From: Prorocentrum cordatum
Lineage: Eukaryota
Assembly: GCA_963575745.1 (NCBI GenBank)
Contig: CAUYUJ010000314.1
Coordinates: forward strand, 62,001 to 126,000
Direction: 5' to 3'
DNA: 64,000 nt
The position numbers were made by a program, and so were the translations under genes. Within the stretch, counting starts at the first letter, position 1, and each line of letters starts with the position of its first letter. The notes beneath the pieces were generated by a model, which was not told the origin of the DNA, did not search any database, and saw only the letters and a list, made by a program, of their open reading frames with translations. Positions 63,770-64,000 of this stretch are shown here, one piece after another.

Positions 63770-64000
63770 CTATATATAAATATACATATATATATACCTG
63801 TATACAGTATACACTCCTATATAGGTGCATGCATATATGCATAACTATAGGTATGTATGTGTATGTATGTGTGAATGCATGCATGTATGCATGTGTGTAC
63901 GTATGCTTGTATGTACGTGCGCATGTGTGTTTGTATGTTTGTTTGCATGTATGTGTGTATGTATGTATGTATGTACGTATGAATGCATGTATGTATGGAT
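63770..64000. repeat. TA/TATG microsatellite
   Basis: Direct reading of the sequence. Confidence 0.9.

Overview
Repeat-rich, GC-rich eukaryotic DNA with three 100-N scaffold gaps. It is most likely a dinoflagellate: there are relics of the dinoflagellate spliced leader (DinoSL, DCCGTAGCCATTTTGGCTCAAG) and G|GC, G|GT and AG|G splice junctions. A Prorocentrum-like host is only my inference. Most of the window is microsatellite, minisatellite and dispersed repeat, and most listed ORFs are artefacts of this. The real signals are: (1) a near full-length decayed LINE on the minus strand (~44.9-51.27 kb; ORF1 plus APE-RT-RNase H) whose 5' end is a DinoSL; (2) a multi-exon ankyrin-domain gene on the plus strand (~43.3-54.9 kb) that hosts this LINE in an intron, has an older SL relic upstream of its ATG, and has several introns that look like TIR/TSD Introner elements; (3) a decayed hAT/ZNF862-like transposase (~60.6-63.5 kb) that also begins with an SL-like relic, suggesting a retroposed DNA-transposase mRNA; (4) two more LINE fragments; (5) microsatellite blocks flanked by 13-16 bp target-site-like duplications; (6) an A/C-rich frameshifted coding-like island (11.2-12.6 kb) of possible viral origin. 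Together these suggest SL-trans-spliced RNAs being recycled into the genome by LINE machinery, followed by Introner-driven intron gain. All motif calls and gene models were made by eye.
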